Assembly (NCBI GenBank): GCA_951406725.2
Contig: OX597830.1
Span: forward strand, 16,058,001 to 16,122,000
Direction: 5' to 3'
DNA from: Octopus vulgaris
Taxonomy: Eukaryota
Length of the DNA stretch: 64,000 bases
The notes under the pieces: model-generated
What the model saw: only the letters and a program-made list of their open reading frames with translations
What the model was told of the DNA's origin: nothing
Databases searched by the model: none
Shown here: positions 27,309 through 40,626 of the stretch, one piece after another
Position numbering within the stretch: position 1 is the first letter of the stretch
Layout of the letters: the number at the start of each line of letters is the position of its first letter
Made by a program: the position numbers and the translations under genes

Positions 27309-27658
27309 ATAAAATCATTAATTCGATAAAATCATTTATAGCATCAAGTACTACCTTTTGGAACATTCATTTCCCACGTTTTGTTTTTTGTGTTGTTTCC
27401 GAGGAACTAACTTAATGTCTACTGTCACCCTCTGATACACAACACCAACAAAATATAGACTTATCTTCAAATCAATTGTAATAATTTTTATTATTTTCAA
27501 CATGGGCATCGGACGGTAAGGCCATTACAAAGACATTACAAAATTACAATTTGTGGGTTGAGGATTACATAAAACCGGAGAAGAAAAGCAACGGTGATGG
27601 TCGGACTAAATGAGGTGCAAAGTATTATACATTATCTATCGCATATGTGAATACATAA

Positions 27659-27869
27659 TCTTTTACTCTTTTACTTGTTTCAGTCATTTGACTGCGGACA
27701 TGCTGGAGCACCGCCTTTAGTCGAGCAAATCAATCCCAGGACTTATTCTTTGTAAAAGCCCAGGACTTATTCTATCGGTCTCTTTTTACCGAACCGCTAA
27801 TTGACGGGGACGTAAACACACCAGCATCGGTTGTCAAGCAATGCTAGAGGGACAAACACAGACACACAA

Positions 27870-27919
<50 letters not shown>

Positions 27920-28082
27920 GACAGGCTTCTTTCAGTTTCCGTCTACCAAATCCACTCACAAGGCTTTGGTCGGCCCGAGGCTATAGCAGAAGACACTTGC
28001 CCAAGATGCCACGCAGTGGGACTGAACCCGGAACCATGTGGTTGGTTAGCAAGCTATTTACCACAAAGTCATTCCTGCGCCT
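27659..28082 (-). mobile_element. SINE family B
   Basis: Full-length match to 1468-1876. Confidence 0.9.
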
Positions 28083-28374
28083 ATGGATGCTGTTATCCAC
28101 TTGATAGAGGAGAGCCTGGAACAAAGGCGAATTAAAGACATCCAAAATTCCTAGATCAACCTAACAGTCGGTTTCTAAGTACCGTCCCCGGTACTTGACA
28201 AGTATTTCATTTTATTGAACCCGGAAGGATAAAAAACAGAGTTGGCCTTGGCAGGATTTTGCACTAAGAAGATAACAGGCCTTTAGAAACACCATAAAGC
28301 TTTATTTCCTATTCTTCAAAGATTCAGCCAATCCACTGATAATAAATATCTTCATAATAAAAATACCTCTCTCT

Positions 28375-28597
28375 CTTTACTCTTTACTCTTTTACTCTTT
28401 TACTTGTTTCAGTCATTTGACTGCGGCCATGCTGGAGCACCGCCTTTAGTCGAGCAAATCGACCCCAGGACTTATTCTTTGTAAAAGCCCAGTACTTATT
28501 CTATCGGTCTCTTTTGCCGAACCGCTAAGTAACGGGGACATAAACACACCAGCATCGGTTGTCAAGCAATGCTAGGGGGACAAACACAGACACACAA

Positions 28598-28630
<33 letters not shown>

Positions 28631-28733
28631 CATATATACGACAGGCTTCTTTCAGTTTCCGTCTACCAAATCCACTCACAAGGCATTGGTCGGCCCGGGG
28701 CTATAGCAGAAGACACTTGCCCAAGATGCCACG
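28375..28733 (-). mobile_element. SINE family B, 5'-truncated
   Basis: Match to other copies, stops before the B box. Confidence 0.85.
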
Positions 28734-29226
28734 CTGGCTGTGATTTTAAAACAATTTGTAAATAATTCTGAATTCTGTCCATCCAATATAAACTTTGAAT
28801 TATGATATAATATAATATAATAATAAAAATCATTGCAAAATAGGACGAACGAAAGGCGAACTTAATTCGTGGTGTTTTAGCTGTTTTTTTCATTTATCTT
28901 ATTCGTTTTGGTATAAATCTCAAGATTACAAGTCACAAAAACTAAGTAGATTAATATTGCAGTTTCTTTAATAAATCTGCTAAACATTTATTGCGTGTGT
29001 GGTTTAAAGCTCTCGATGCTGCATAGTTACGCACCTATTTCGTTTCTCTTCCGTTTAATTAACTTCTCCATGAAAACTTTTTAATATAAAACGGTTTAAT
29101 AATGTACTACTGTATATTCACAAGTTTTAATCAAACACGTTTCCGTCAAACGCTTTTTCTGATGCAAGTGTACGTGTATGTGTGTGTATATATATATGTC
29201 TGTGTGTGTGTATGTGCATGTGTATA

Positions 29227-29273
<47 letters not shown>

Positions 29274-29303
29274 GTATATATGTATATAGTGTGTGTATAT
29301 ATA

Positions 29304-29357
<54 letters not shown>

Positions 29358-29514
29358 TATGTATATGTATATAGTGTATGTATATATATGTATATGTATA
29401 TATATGTATATGTATATATATGTATATATATATGTATATGTATATATATATATATGTATATGTATATATATCTGTATATATATACATATATGTATATGTA
29501 TATATATGTATATA

Positions 29515-29559
<45 letters not shown>

Positions 29560-29602
29560 AATGAATATTATATATATTATATATATTGCTATATAAATTA
29601 TA

Positions 29603-29664
<62 letters not shown>

Positions 29665-30639
29665 CTCATGATAATTCTGCTTGTCATTGCGTTACTTAAC
29701 TCGTCGGTAACGCTTTCACGTAATTAGAGAAAAAGAGAGAGAACGAAAAAGAGGGAGAGTGAAGCGTCCTTGACGTGGTAGGAGGAATATGATATTTACT
29801 ACGTGAATAAAAAAAAAAGTTATTTGAAGGCAGTGATAGAGAAGAGAGTTAAAAATATAATTTAAGCATAGGGGTGATGTTCTGATGGTGAGGCTAAAGG
29901 CAGAGAGAGAGGGCGGGTGAGAGGGAAGAGGCAGAGAGAGGAGGCAGGGAGAGATGGAAAGAGAAAGATGGTGATGCTGGTGCTGGTGCTGGTGCTGGTG
30001 CTGGTGCTGGTGGTGCTGGTGGTGGAGGCAGTGGAGATGGAGGTGGCGATGGTGGTGGTGGTGGTGGTGGTGGTGGTGGTGGTGGTGGTGGTGATTGGAT
30101 AGTGAAAAGAGTACTTTTTTAAATTGAACTAAGTTTTTTTATATCACCTATCACTTGACGCATGCGCATAAGTGCAATTCCGTGAAATTTTCACGCTTAT
30201 TTAGGTGGCGGATATATACAATTTAACTAAAGGTTGTATCATATGTACGCATATTTTTTTGTTCTTTGTTTATGAGGAAAATGGAAAAATAAGAGTGAAC
30301 ATTTATTTCATGTGTGCTGTATATTAAATCTATAAAACTGTGCGTAGAGTATATAAAGTGAATATATAAAGTGCATTAACTAATCGTGGTATTCCAATTT
30401 CTTTCTGTCATCAGTGAGTTGAAATGAGCAAGTTCCTTTGCTCCCGCCCACGCTGCCGCACCTGCCCCTATCTCTCCAACACAACCATGGTTTTGTCAAA
30501 CGAAATTAAAGCAAAAAAATTCTTGAGAAACCAAATAGTCTTTCCCTTTTTCATGCCAAATTTGAAGGAAATATCTCTTTTACATCTTACTTTTTTGGTC
30601 TCTTAAATATACTGCATTTTGTGGTATTATTTTAAGCCA

Positions 30640-30917
30640 GCCGGCTTTTTCTGTGCAAACTGCACGTGCGTTTTTCACGCGTACGCGTAGTATCAATCGC
30701 AGCAGCTGATGTATTTGGTGTACAAATGCACGTTCCCACGACTTTATCGATCGCATTCTCACCTGGAATCGATTTTTGTAATTTTTTAAAGACTTATACA
30801 CGCCCCGATACCGTCGGTATCTACATATTAAATTTGAGCACAATCGAAGGGAGGACGCCCGAGATCCTAGAAGACACACAGATTGACAGACAGACAGAAC
30901 GGATTTTATATAATAGA
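30640..30917 (-). mobile_element. Probable Helitron 5' portion
   Basis: Minus strand begins TCTATTATATAAAATCCGTTCTGTCTGTCTGTC, like the 5' ends of the other Helitrons here; 3' end not located. Confidence 0.45.
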
Positions 30918-31025
30918 TATTCGATGGGTTGTATGCGTGCATATGTACGTATATATATCTATATCTATATATCTATCTATATATATATATCAACTCAACT
31001 TTGTTATATATATATATATATATAT

Positions 31026-31200
31026 TTTATTTAAAGCAGCAGAAAATTCAACAAAACCTGTTACTCTGAGTTTCATGCTCCCGTTCGTCGGACAGTTTTT
31101 GCTAGAATTTTCTGCTGCTTTAAATAAAGCATATTACTCTACCATTGGTATTTGAGTACTCTTTTTTCCACCTTGTTTCACATTTATGTGTTTACTCCGG
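31026..31200. mobile_element. Fold-back mini-element centred on a hammerhead-like motif (31058-31095, minus)
   Basis: ctgt-CCGACGA-acgggagcat-GAAA-CTCAGAG-TA-acag; arms 31026-31049 and 31105-31128 are perfect inverted repeats. Confidence 0.7.
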
Positions 31201-31444
31201 TGTATATATATACATACACATGTGTATATGTGTGTGTGTGTTTGTGTGTGTGCATATTCTATTCCTATTGCCCTATGGAGCAACTCACGCGTGCTACTGA
31301 TCGCGTAAATCAGTTTATGATATATGAGGCAGCGTATTTATAATGCAAAATATTTATGAGAGGTCAGACGACGGAAAAATAATGGGAAACAATACAAAAT
31401 GAGGTATATTTAGAGAAGAAATATATATATATATTCAATACTTT

Positions 31445-31497
<53 letters not shown>

Positions 31498-31505
31498 TAT
31501 AGGGG

Positions 31506-31563
<58 letters not shown>

Positions 31564-31673
31564 CATACATACATACATACATACATACATACATACATAC
31601 ATACATACATACATAGACAGATAGATCTATGTGTGTATGTGCACGTACTAGTCTTGCATATATAACAGTGCAT

Positions 31674-32092
31674 AGGCAGCGAGCTGGCAGAAACGTTAGC
31701 GCGCCGAACAAAATGTTTAGCGCTATTTCGTCTGCCGTTACGTTCTGAGTTCAAATTTCGCCGAGGTCGACTTTGCCTTTCATCCTTTCGGGTTCGATTA
31801 AATAAAGTACCAGTTACGCACTGGCGTCGATGTAATCGACTTTATCCGTTTGTCTGTCCTTGTTTGTCCTCTCTGTGTTTAGCCCCTTGTGGGTAGTAAA
31901 GAAATAGGTATTTCGTCTGCCGTTACGTTCTGAGTTCAAATTCCGCCAAGGTCGACTTTGCCTTTCATCCTTTCGGGTTCGATTAAATAAAGTACCAGTT
32001 ACGCACTGGCGTCGATGTAATCGACTTAATCCCTTTGTCTGACTTTGTTTGTCCCCCTCTATATTTAGCCTCTTGTGAGCAATAAAGAAATA
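31674..32092 (+). mobile_element. SINE family A with a tandem second module
   Basis: Head, then two modules of about 183 bp joined by gaaatag|gtatttcgtc. Confidence 0.9.
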
Positions 32093-32411
32093 TACGTAAC
32101 AGTACAAAAAATCAACTACGTTTATTCTTGCAGTCAGTAGACAAAACCCTTTCTCGATTTGTTTAAAGTTTAAAATCAAACAAAAGTCAAATGACTTCAA
32201 TGAAAACAACTGATTGAAATTTTTGGAAAATATACAGGGGGATCGAAAAGTAACTCTCTATTAAAAAATATCTCCCTATTTTAAAATACTAATTAATTAT
32301 CTATTAATTGTAATTTTTTACAAAAAAAATGCATATGAGAGGAAACCTTTTAGAAAGTGGTTTTATCTATAGTTCAAAAACAAACACAAAAAATTTGAGA
32401 ACAAATTACAA

Positions 32412-32965
32412 TTGTCAGTGAACAGGTCGCGGTCTCAAAGCGACGAAAATATTTTGACAAATTAAATTTAAATGTTGAAGTGAATCTAACGGTTTTGCGT
32501 GTTTCTTAAATCTCTCTATATATAAACGGCAGTTTGTCTGTGTGTGTCTGTGTGTCTGTTAGGTTGTACCCTCACCCTGACCACGGTTTTCAACCGATTC
32601 TGATGAAACTTGACACACACATAGCCCAATGTCATAATTCAAAACTAACGCAGCGAAAATTTTGAAAAGTTCCCCCAGTTCTGAAAAAAATCGATAAATT
32701 CGACATTGGGTCGAGAATCAGAAACACAAACCACAGACTGTCTAGGGGACGCAACTCGACCTTTTTAACTAAAAAAATTTACCATCATTTGTTTTTCATT
32801 TTTTGGCTATAACTCTCTAAAAATGCTTTATAGTTATTTCCCTTACAAACCCGAGCAACGCCGGGCGATACTGCTAGTGGCTTATAAACACCTTCCACAC
32901 TGCAATTGTTTTCGTTCCAGCACACGATCTCAGATCAAGTCACTCGCTATGCAAGTACATCTCCG
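32412..32965 (+). mobile_element. G3-C8 hammerhead mini-element interrupted by a Helitron
   Basis: 32412-32510 plus 32878-32965 reconstitute 7957-8143. Confidence 0.8.
32511..32877 (+). mobile_element. Non-autonomous Helitron (367 bp)
   Basis: 5'-TC, 3'-CTAG, subterminal hairpin cccgagc-aac-gccggg 12 nt from the end, inserted in A|T with no TSD; empty site cttaaa|tggct visible at about 8050-8060. Confidence 0.9.
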
Positions 32966-33229
32966 TAAAAAATAATTTATGATTATTTTAAAAGTAGGGT
33001 GTATGTATATTGGAGAGATGCGGTGGTCATTGACATTTTCCTATTTAGCTTTATATTACGTTTTGTGATATAGTGTCCTCTGGTTGCTCCGTATTGTGAG
33101 TTAGTGAACAATATACTACATCTTGTTACTCATGATGCCGATATTTAAGTCAAATCGCTTAATCCCTGCAGTAAACAATGTAACCTTCGAGGCAACACTA
33201 GTCTACAAATATGTCTGCCAAAAGGAAAT

Positions 33230-33464
33230 CTTTTTTCTTTTATCTTTCAGTTCTTTCGGTCATTAGTCTGCGACCATGCTGGGGCACTTCTTTGAAGAAT
33301 TTTTAGTCGAATGAATCGACGGCAGTACTTGGTTTTCTTTTCTAGGCCTGTTACTTATTCTATAGGTGTCTTTTGTCGAACCGCTAAGTTACAGGAATGT
33401 AAACCCACCAATAGCAGTTGCCAAGCAGTGATGAGGGACAAACACAAACACACACACGCACCAC

Positions 33465-33555
<91 letters not shown>

Positions 33556-33586
33556 TTGGAAACTGAAAGAAGCTCGTCGTGGTGTG

Positions 33587-33626
<40 letters not shown>

Positions 33627-33762
33627 CACACCACGACGAGCTTCTTTCAGTTTCCTACCAAATCCACTGAGAAGACTTTGGCCGGCCCAAGGCTAGAAGA
33701 CACTTGCCCAAGGTGCCATGCAATGGGACTGAACCCGGAACAATTTAGCTAGAAGCAAGCTT
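33230..33762 (-). mobile_element. SINE family B (diverged) with an internal 98-bp palindrome
   Basis: Match to family B; 33558-33655 is self-complementary. Confidence 0.8.
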
Positions 33763-33766
33763 TTTA

Positions 33767-34001
33767 TGTCTTTATTGCCCACAAGGGGCTAAACACAGAG
33801 AGGACAAACAAGGACAGACAAACGGATTAAGTCGATTAGATCGACATCAGTGCGTAACTGGTACTTATTTAATCGACCCCGAAAGGATGAAAGGCAAAGT
33901 CGACCTTGGCGGAATTTGAACTCAGAACGAACGTAAAGACGGCCGAAATACTGCTAAGCATTTTCCCCGGCATGCTAACGACTCCGCCGCCCCGCTGCCT
34001 T
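33767..34001 (-). mobile_element. SINE family A
   Basis: Match to 3637-3871. Confidence 0.85.
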
Positions 34002-35970
34002 TGTTGCAGGTAATATCAAAGAAATAAGAACAACCTATAGAACTGAAAGAAGTAGATCAGTACATTTGAGCAGGCCTAAAAGTCGATTTTCCCTTCCCTC
34101 ATCTAGTTCCTTGCCTACGGGCCAGATCTCAAACCAAGTGACTGATTCAGCTTCTATATTTTCAATTTCCTTATTTGTTTAATTATCTGTGCAAAAGTTT
34201 GTTTGTTTTTTTAATCAGATTTCCAGTTGTAGATTGAGTATGAAGGAAAAAATATGGCACTAATCTATGAAAATATTTTTTCTATAATTCAGCCACCAAC
34301 ATTAAAAGGGAATTTCTGTTGACAACTCTATCTGGGGAAGGTTTTTTTCAATGCCTAATTTTTCCGCCAGTTCTTCAACGTTCGAAAAGATTTCTTTGAA
34401 TTTTCTAGTTCTTGCCAGGGGCGATGGAACATACTACAGAGTTCCTGGACATTATTATGTACTTCCATTAAATCAAGTTGAACAGTTCAAAGAACTCGTG
34501 CTCCATACAGATTCCAGTCGTGCTGAATGGAATGAAATTTTAATTAGACAGATGAGAAAAGTTTCTGTACTCCAAATAGATTCCAACTCATGAACTTCAC
34601 GTATTTTACCGAAAGCTATGGTGACCATTTTACATAGCTAATCGAAAATCTTTTGAAAGTTAATGTAAAAAAATACTCTGTTACTTTTATATTTTGCATT
34701 CCAACGAGTTTCTCCTGGAAACGGCACTCTTGAAATAAGATAGATTTTCTTTCCATGACAGTCTTTAGACTCTCATGGAAAGAGAAAATAATGATAGCTA
34801 TGATTCTGCGAATAGAATTCCTTTTGGTGGGGGGGGGACACACCATTAAGGTCACTCACAACAAGGTTTAGTTTGTTTATAAGACAATGAAGAAAAGCTA
34901 TTTTTCTATATTTACTCTCCATGTTAACCTGAACACTAACTTTTCTTGCCATTGAAGAACCACCATCTTATCCATGGTCAAATAGCTCTAGATTTAACCC
35001 ATATATTTAAAACTGACCAATCAGAGCATTGGCAGTAGAAACAGCATCTCATTCACTTGGTGCTTCAAAGCCAAGGAATCTTTCCGAATATTGTTACCGG
35101 TTTTAATTCTGTTAATTAACCGTACACCAAGTGACAATGTCTCACACCCAAACAGATGTCAACACTTTTATCAGCAGTTACTGAAAATCTAAATGAACAT
35201 TTTCTTTTCTTTTGTAATAGGCAATGTTTAATGCTGTTGTGTACTAAATCACAATTCCTTATATTCTGTAGTATAAGTTGTACAAAGCAATAACGTTGTG
35301 AAGGGACAATCGAACCATAAACACACAATCATAAAAGAATTTTAAATATAGAAACAAGCTTTATTCTAGTATACTATCATCGACGGCATGACATTACACA
35401 AACTTTTCACTCCTTGAATTGAAGCCAGCCACTAGCTACTATACCATTTTAATGCTACTTAATATAGAACCAAGAAATGTAATATAGTACCACTTAATGT
35501 AGAACTAAAGTGCAGTTGATTGGTTCGACTATATCAAAGCCATCACAAATGCATGGAGTTGTGTGTCGTTTGGGAGAAAATGTTATTACTGTACGTAAGG
35601 TAGTGTTCCATTGTTCGCTTTAGAGGTACTCACTAAAACGAACTAAAGAGCAAATAAACATAAGGGCATAAATCAACATCTCTCCCTCTTTTCCTTCTCC
35701 CACCATGTAACCCTCACTTCACTGTATTCCTTGATGTCTTTCACTAACAACGTATAGTTCACATTCTTCTCGTTCTTGTTCGTACGTAGTATTGTTATAA
35801 AGTGTTAACAGAGTTTTAAAATTATTAATAGCCACTTTTAGTAGAAAGAATCTAATAGAAAGAATTAATAGCCACATTCCTTTCCCTGTTATTGTTATAT
35901 CATGTGCTAAATATTTAACAACTTTTAACAGATAACAACTTTTAACACAGGGATCTTAGATTTTTATCAG

Positions 35971-36088
35971 CGTAACTTTATTCCTCAAACGTAAACTTTA
36001 TCCATGCTACGAAACTTTATCCTTATAAGGTAACTTTATCCTTGCAACATAATTTTATCCTTCGAACGTTACTCACGTAATTTTATCA
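35971..36088. repeat. Degenerate minisatellite of about 19-20 bp (core taactttatcc)
   Basis: About six spaced occurrences of (t)aa(c/t)tttat(c)c. Confidence 0.6.
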
Positions 36089-36984
36089 ACGTAACACGCC
36101 ATTTTAAAATAATTTCTGAGAAACTAAAGCAATTAGAAAAATTAATCCAGATTAAGTTCCATTTCAAGATATCTTTAAGGAGTGAAATGAATGGAAAGCA
36201 GAGATTATTTATTTATTTTGTTGCTGTTGTTGTTGTTTCTACTATTGATTCGATGTTGTATTTGCTAGTTAAAAGATTAAAGAATGTACAATTTAATACA
36301 GTTTGAAAACCATGGCTACGGTTGAGAGACTATCGATTTCATTTAGATTACAGATGAAAAGTTTACGGAATGTACTCAATGTATTCGGTATCAAATTTAG
36401 GTTCTTGATTAATTTTCGTAATGGTATTTCCTGGTCTATTTATTTATGTGATTGCCTTCCTAAGATAATATTATATACGATTCTTGTGTCTGTAAATGTT
36501 TTCATACGATACTACTTATATATTGGATGATCGGCATCAGGACATACAACATGTGTGTATGTGTGTCCTGTAGGAGAAGTGGGGGACTCTACCAAGCACT
36601 TTCATCTCAGAATAAATCCAGTATATATTTTATACTTCAAGGTACTCGGCCTGCTGCCAAAGCGAATGGCAATCTTCTCAATGAATGGCGCCAACAGGAA
36701 AATCCTATTAAAGAATTTCATTTATACAACCGACAATGTTTGTTTACATAATCGAAACTATTTCAATATTGTTACCATTTCGGGAAGGCGATGGAGATGA
36801 ACGAGACAATTGAGCGCCAGAATAAATACTCCATTGGAACTGGTTAGATACGTCATCTTTCGGGGGTTCGCGTTGTATCGGAGTCGATTCTAACTTTCAT
36901 CTCCTCCTAGGTCGCTAAAGTGAGTACCAGCAATATTCTACGGTCTGGGGAATTAAAATCGGTTAGATTTATATCCGACTTTTA

Positions 36985-37290
36985 CTTAGTGGTTAGGGTA
37001 TTTGGCTCACAGTCGTAAGGTCGCGAGTTCGATTCCCAGTGCTGCGTTATGTTCTTGGGCTAGACACTTTATCTCAAGTTGCTCCAGTCCATTCAGCTGA
37101 CAAAAATGAGTTGTGCCTGTAACTCAAAGGTCCAGCCTTGCCACATTTTCTGTCACGCTGAATCCCCCAAAGAACTACGTGAAGGGTAGGCGTGTCTGTG
37201 GAATACTCAACAACTTACACGTTAATTTCACGAGCGGGCTGTTCCGTTGATCGAATGAACTGGAGAATTCGTCGACGGGGGTGCCATCCT
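36985..37290 (+). mobile_element. tRNA-derived SINE, head D plus tail X (diverged)
   Basis: Match to the reverse complement of 13563-13881; runs directly into the 46-bp array. Confidence 0.85.
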
Positions 37291-40200
37291 TAACTTTTGC
37301 TTCACATTTAGTATTCGTCGACGGGAGTGCCATCCTTAACTTTTGCTTCACATTTAGTATTCGTCGACGGGAGTGCCATCCTTAACTTTTGCTTCACATT
37401 TAGTATTCGTCGACGGGAGTGCCATCTTAACTTTGCTTCACATTTAGTATTCGTCGACGGGAGTGCCATCCTTAACTTTTGCTTCACATTTAGTATTCGT
37501 CGACGGGAGTGCCATCCTTAACTTTTGCTTCACATTTAGTATTCGTCGACGGGAGTGCCATCCTTAACTTTTGCTTCACATTTAGTATTCGTCGACGGGA
37601 GTGCCATCCTTAACTTTTGCTTCACATTTAGTATTCGTCGACGGGAGTGCCATCCTTAACTTTTGCTTCACATTTAGTATTCGTCGACGGGAGTGCCATC
37701 CTTAACTTTTGCTTCACATTTAGTATTCGTCGACGGGAGTGCCATCCTTAACTTTTGCTTCACATTTAGTATTCGTCGACGGGAGTGCCATTCTTAACTA
37801 TTGCTTCACATTTAGTATTCGTCGACGGGAGTGCCATCCTTAACTTTTTGCTTCACATTTAGTATTCGTCGACGGGAGTGCCATCCTTAACTTTTGCTTC
37901 ACATTTAGTATTCGTCGACGAGGACTTTTGCCATCCTTAACTTTTGCTTCACATTTAGTATTCGTCGACGGGAGTGCCATCCTTAACTTTTGCTTCACAT
38001 TTAGTATTCGTCGACGGGAGTGCCATCCTTAACTTTTGCTTCACATTTAGTATTCGTCGACGGGAGTGCCATCCTTAACTTTTGCTTCACATTTAGTATT
38101 CGTCGACGGGAGTGCCATCCTTAACTTTTGCTTCACATTTAGTATTCGTCGACGGGAGTGCCATCCTTAACTTTTGCTTCACATTTAGTATTCGTCGACG
38201 GGAGTGCCATCCTTAACTTTTGCTTCACATTTAGTATTCGTCGACGGGAGTGCCATCCTTAACTTTTGCTTCACATTTAGTATTCGTCGACGGGAGTGCC
38301 ATCCTTAACTTTTGCTTCACATTTAGTATTCGTCGACGGGAGTGCCATCCTTAACTTTTGCTTCACATTTAGTATTCGTCGACGGGAGTGCCATCCTTAA
38401 CTTTTGCTTCACATTTAGTATTCGTCGACGGGAGTGCCATCCTTAACTTTTGCTTCACATTTAGTATTCGTCGACGGGAGTGCCATCCTTAACTATTGCT
38501 TCACATTTAGTATTCGTCGACGGGAGGTGCCATCGTTAACTTTTGCTTCACATTTAGTATTCGTCGACGGGAGTGCCATCCTTAACTTTTGCTTCACATT
38601 TAGTATTCGTCGACGGGAGTGCCATCCTTAACTTTTGCTTCACATTTAGTATTCGTCGACGGGAGTGCCATCCTTAACTTTTGCTTCACATTTAGTATTC
38701 GTCGACGGGAGTGCCATTCGTCGACGGATCATCCTTAACTTTTGCTTCACATTTAGTATTCGTCGACGGGAGTGCCATCCTTAACTTTTGCTTCACATTT
38801 AGTATTCGTCGACGGGAGTGCCATCCTTAACTTTTGCTTCACATTTAGTATTCGTCGACGGGAGTGCCATCCTTAACTTTTGCTTCACATTTAGTATTCG
38901 TCGACGGGAGTGCCATCCTTAACTTTTGCTTCACATTTAGTATTCGTCGACGGGAGTGCCATCCTTAACTTTTGCTTCACATTTAGTATTCGTCGACGGG
39001 AGTGCCATCCTTAACTTTTGCTTCACATTTAGTATTCGTCGACGGGAGTGCCATCCTTAACTTTTGCTTCACATTTAGTATTCGTCGACGGGAGTGCCAT
39101 CCTTAACTTTTGCTTCACATTTAGTATTCGTCGGAGTGCCATCCTTAACTTTTGCTTCACATTTAGTATTCGTCGACGGAGTGCCATCCTTAACTTTTGC
39201 TTCACATTTAGTATTCGTCGACGGGAGTGCCATCCTTAACTTTTGCTTCACATTTAGTATTCGTCGACGGGAGTGCCATCCTTAACTTTTGCTTCACATT
39301 TAGTATTCGTCGACGGGAGTGCCATCCTTAACTTTTGCTTCACATTTAGTATTCGTCGACGGGAGTGCCATCCTTAACTTTTGCTTCACATTTAGTATTC
39401 GTCGACGGGAGTGCCATCCTTAACTTTTGCTTCACATTTAGTATTCGTCGACGGGAGTGCCATCCTTAACTTTTGCTTCACATTTAGTATTCGTCGACGT
39501 CCATCCTTAACTTTTGCTTCACATTTAGTATTCGTCGACAGTGCCATCCTTAACTATTGCTTCACATTTAGTATTCGTCGACGGGAGTGCCATCCTTAAC
39601 TTTTGCTTCACATTTAGTATTCGTCGACGGGAGTGCCATCCTTAACTTTTGCTTCACATTTAGTATTCGTCGACGGGAGTGCCATCCTTAACTTTTGCTT
39701 CACATTTAGTATTCGTCGACGGGAGTGCCATCCTTAACTTTTGCTTCACATTTAGTATTCGTCGACGGGAGTGCCATCCTTAACTTTTGCTTCACATTTA
39801 GTATTCGTCGACGGGAGTGCCATCCTTAACTTTTGCTTCACATTTAGTATTCGTCGACGGGAGTGCCATCCTTAACTTTTGCTTCACATTTAGTATTCGT
39901 CGACGGGAGTGCCATCCTTAACTTTTGCTTCACATTTAGTATTCGTCGACGGGAGTGCCATCCTTAACTTTTGCTTCACATTTAGTATTCGTCGACGGGA
40001 GTGCCATCCTTAACTTTTGCTTCACATTTAGTATTCGTCGACGGGAGTGCCATCCTTAACTTTTGCTTCACATTTAGTATTCGTCGACGGGAGTGCCATC
40101 CTTAACTTTTGCTTCACATTTAGTATTCGTCGACGGGAGTGCCATCCTTAACTTTTGCTTCACATTTAGTATTCGTCGACGGGAGTGCCATCCTTAACTT

Positions 40201-40333
40201 TTGCTTCACATTTAGTATTCGTCGACGGGAGTGCCATCCTTAACTTTTGCTTCACATTTAGTATTCGTCGACGGGAGTGCCATCCTTAACTTTTGCTTCA
40301 CATTTAGTATTCGTCGTCGGAGTGTCATTCTTA
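37267..40333. repeat. Tandem array of a 46-bp unit, about 66 copies
   Basis: Unit gggagtgccatccttaacttttgcttcacatttagtattcgtcgac, highly homogeneous, one GTCGAC in nearly every unit, no spacers. Confidence 0.97.
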
Positions 40334-40626
40334 GTATCGAATATCTTTGAGATGAGCAACTTGTTGCTGAGTCGGAGATTCGGTTTCAGTTCTTCATTCA
40401 GTCCAGTTCGTTTCATTTACATCACTAACGTCTGAGGAAAACATGAATATCGTACTATTTCATTCTCTTATGAGTTTGTAGCTTTGTCCTTCATCAATAA
40501 ATCAATATTATAGTCACTTAACACATGTCTACTCAGATTATGTAACTTTTCCCTTTGTCCACTCTCAAATTGAAAAACGACCTCCCAAAGAATTTGGTCT
40601 AACGATTAAGGAATCTGGTTCAGTAA

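Noticed and set aside
30155-30172. NRF1-like CGCATGCGCA promoter site
   Set aside because: Single motif without other support; may belong to the neighbouring repeat.
30424-30490. Gene start MSKFLCSRPRCRTCPYL
   Set aside because: Looks like a scrap of about 50 bp from a Neptune-type Cys linker; too short to annotate.
34240-34600. Coding exon or transposase fragment (ORF 34351-34593)
   Set aside because: No recognisable motif or clear splice sites; cannot be supported without a search.
37267-40333. CRISPR array
   Set aside because: Units are head-to-tail with no unique spacers, there are no cas genes, and the context is eukaryotic; it is a tandem satellite.
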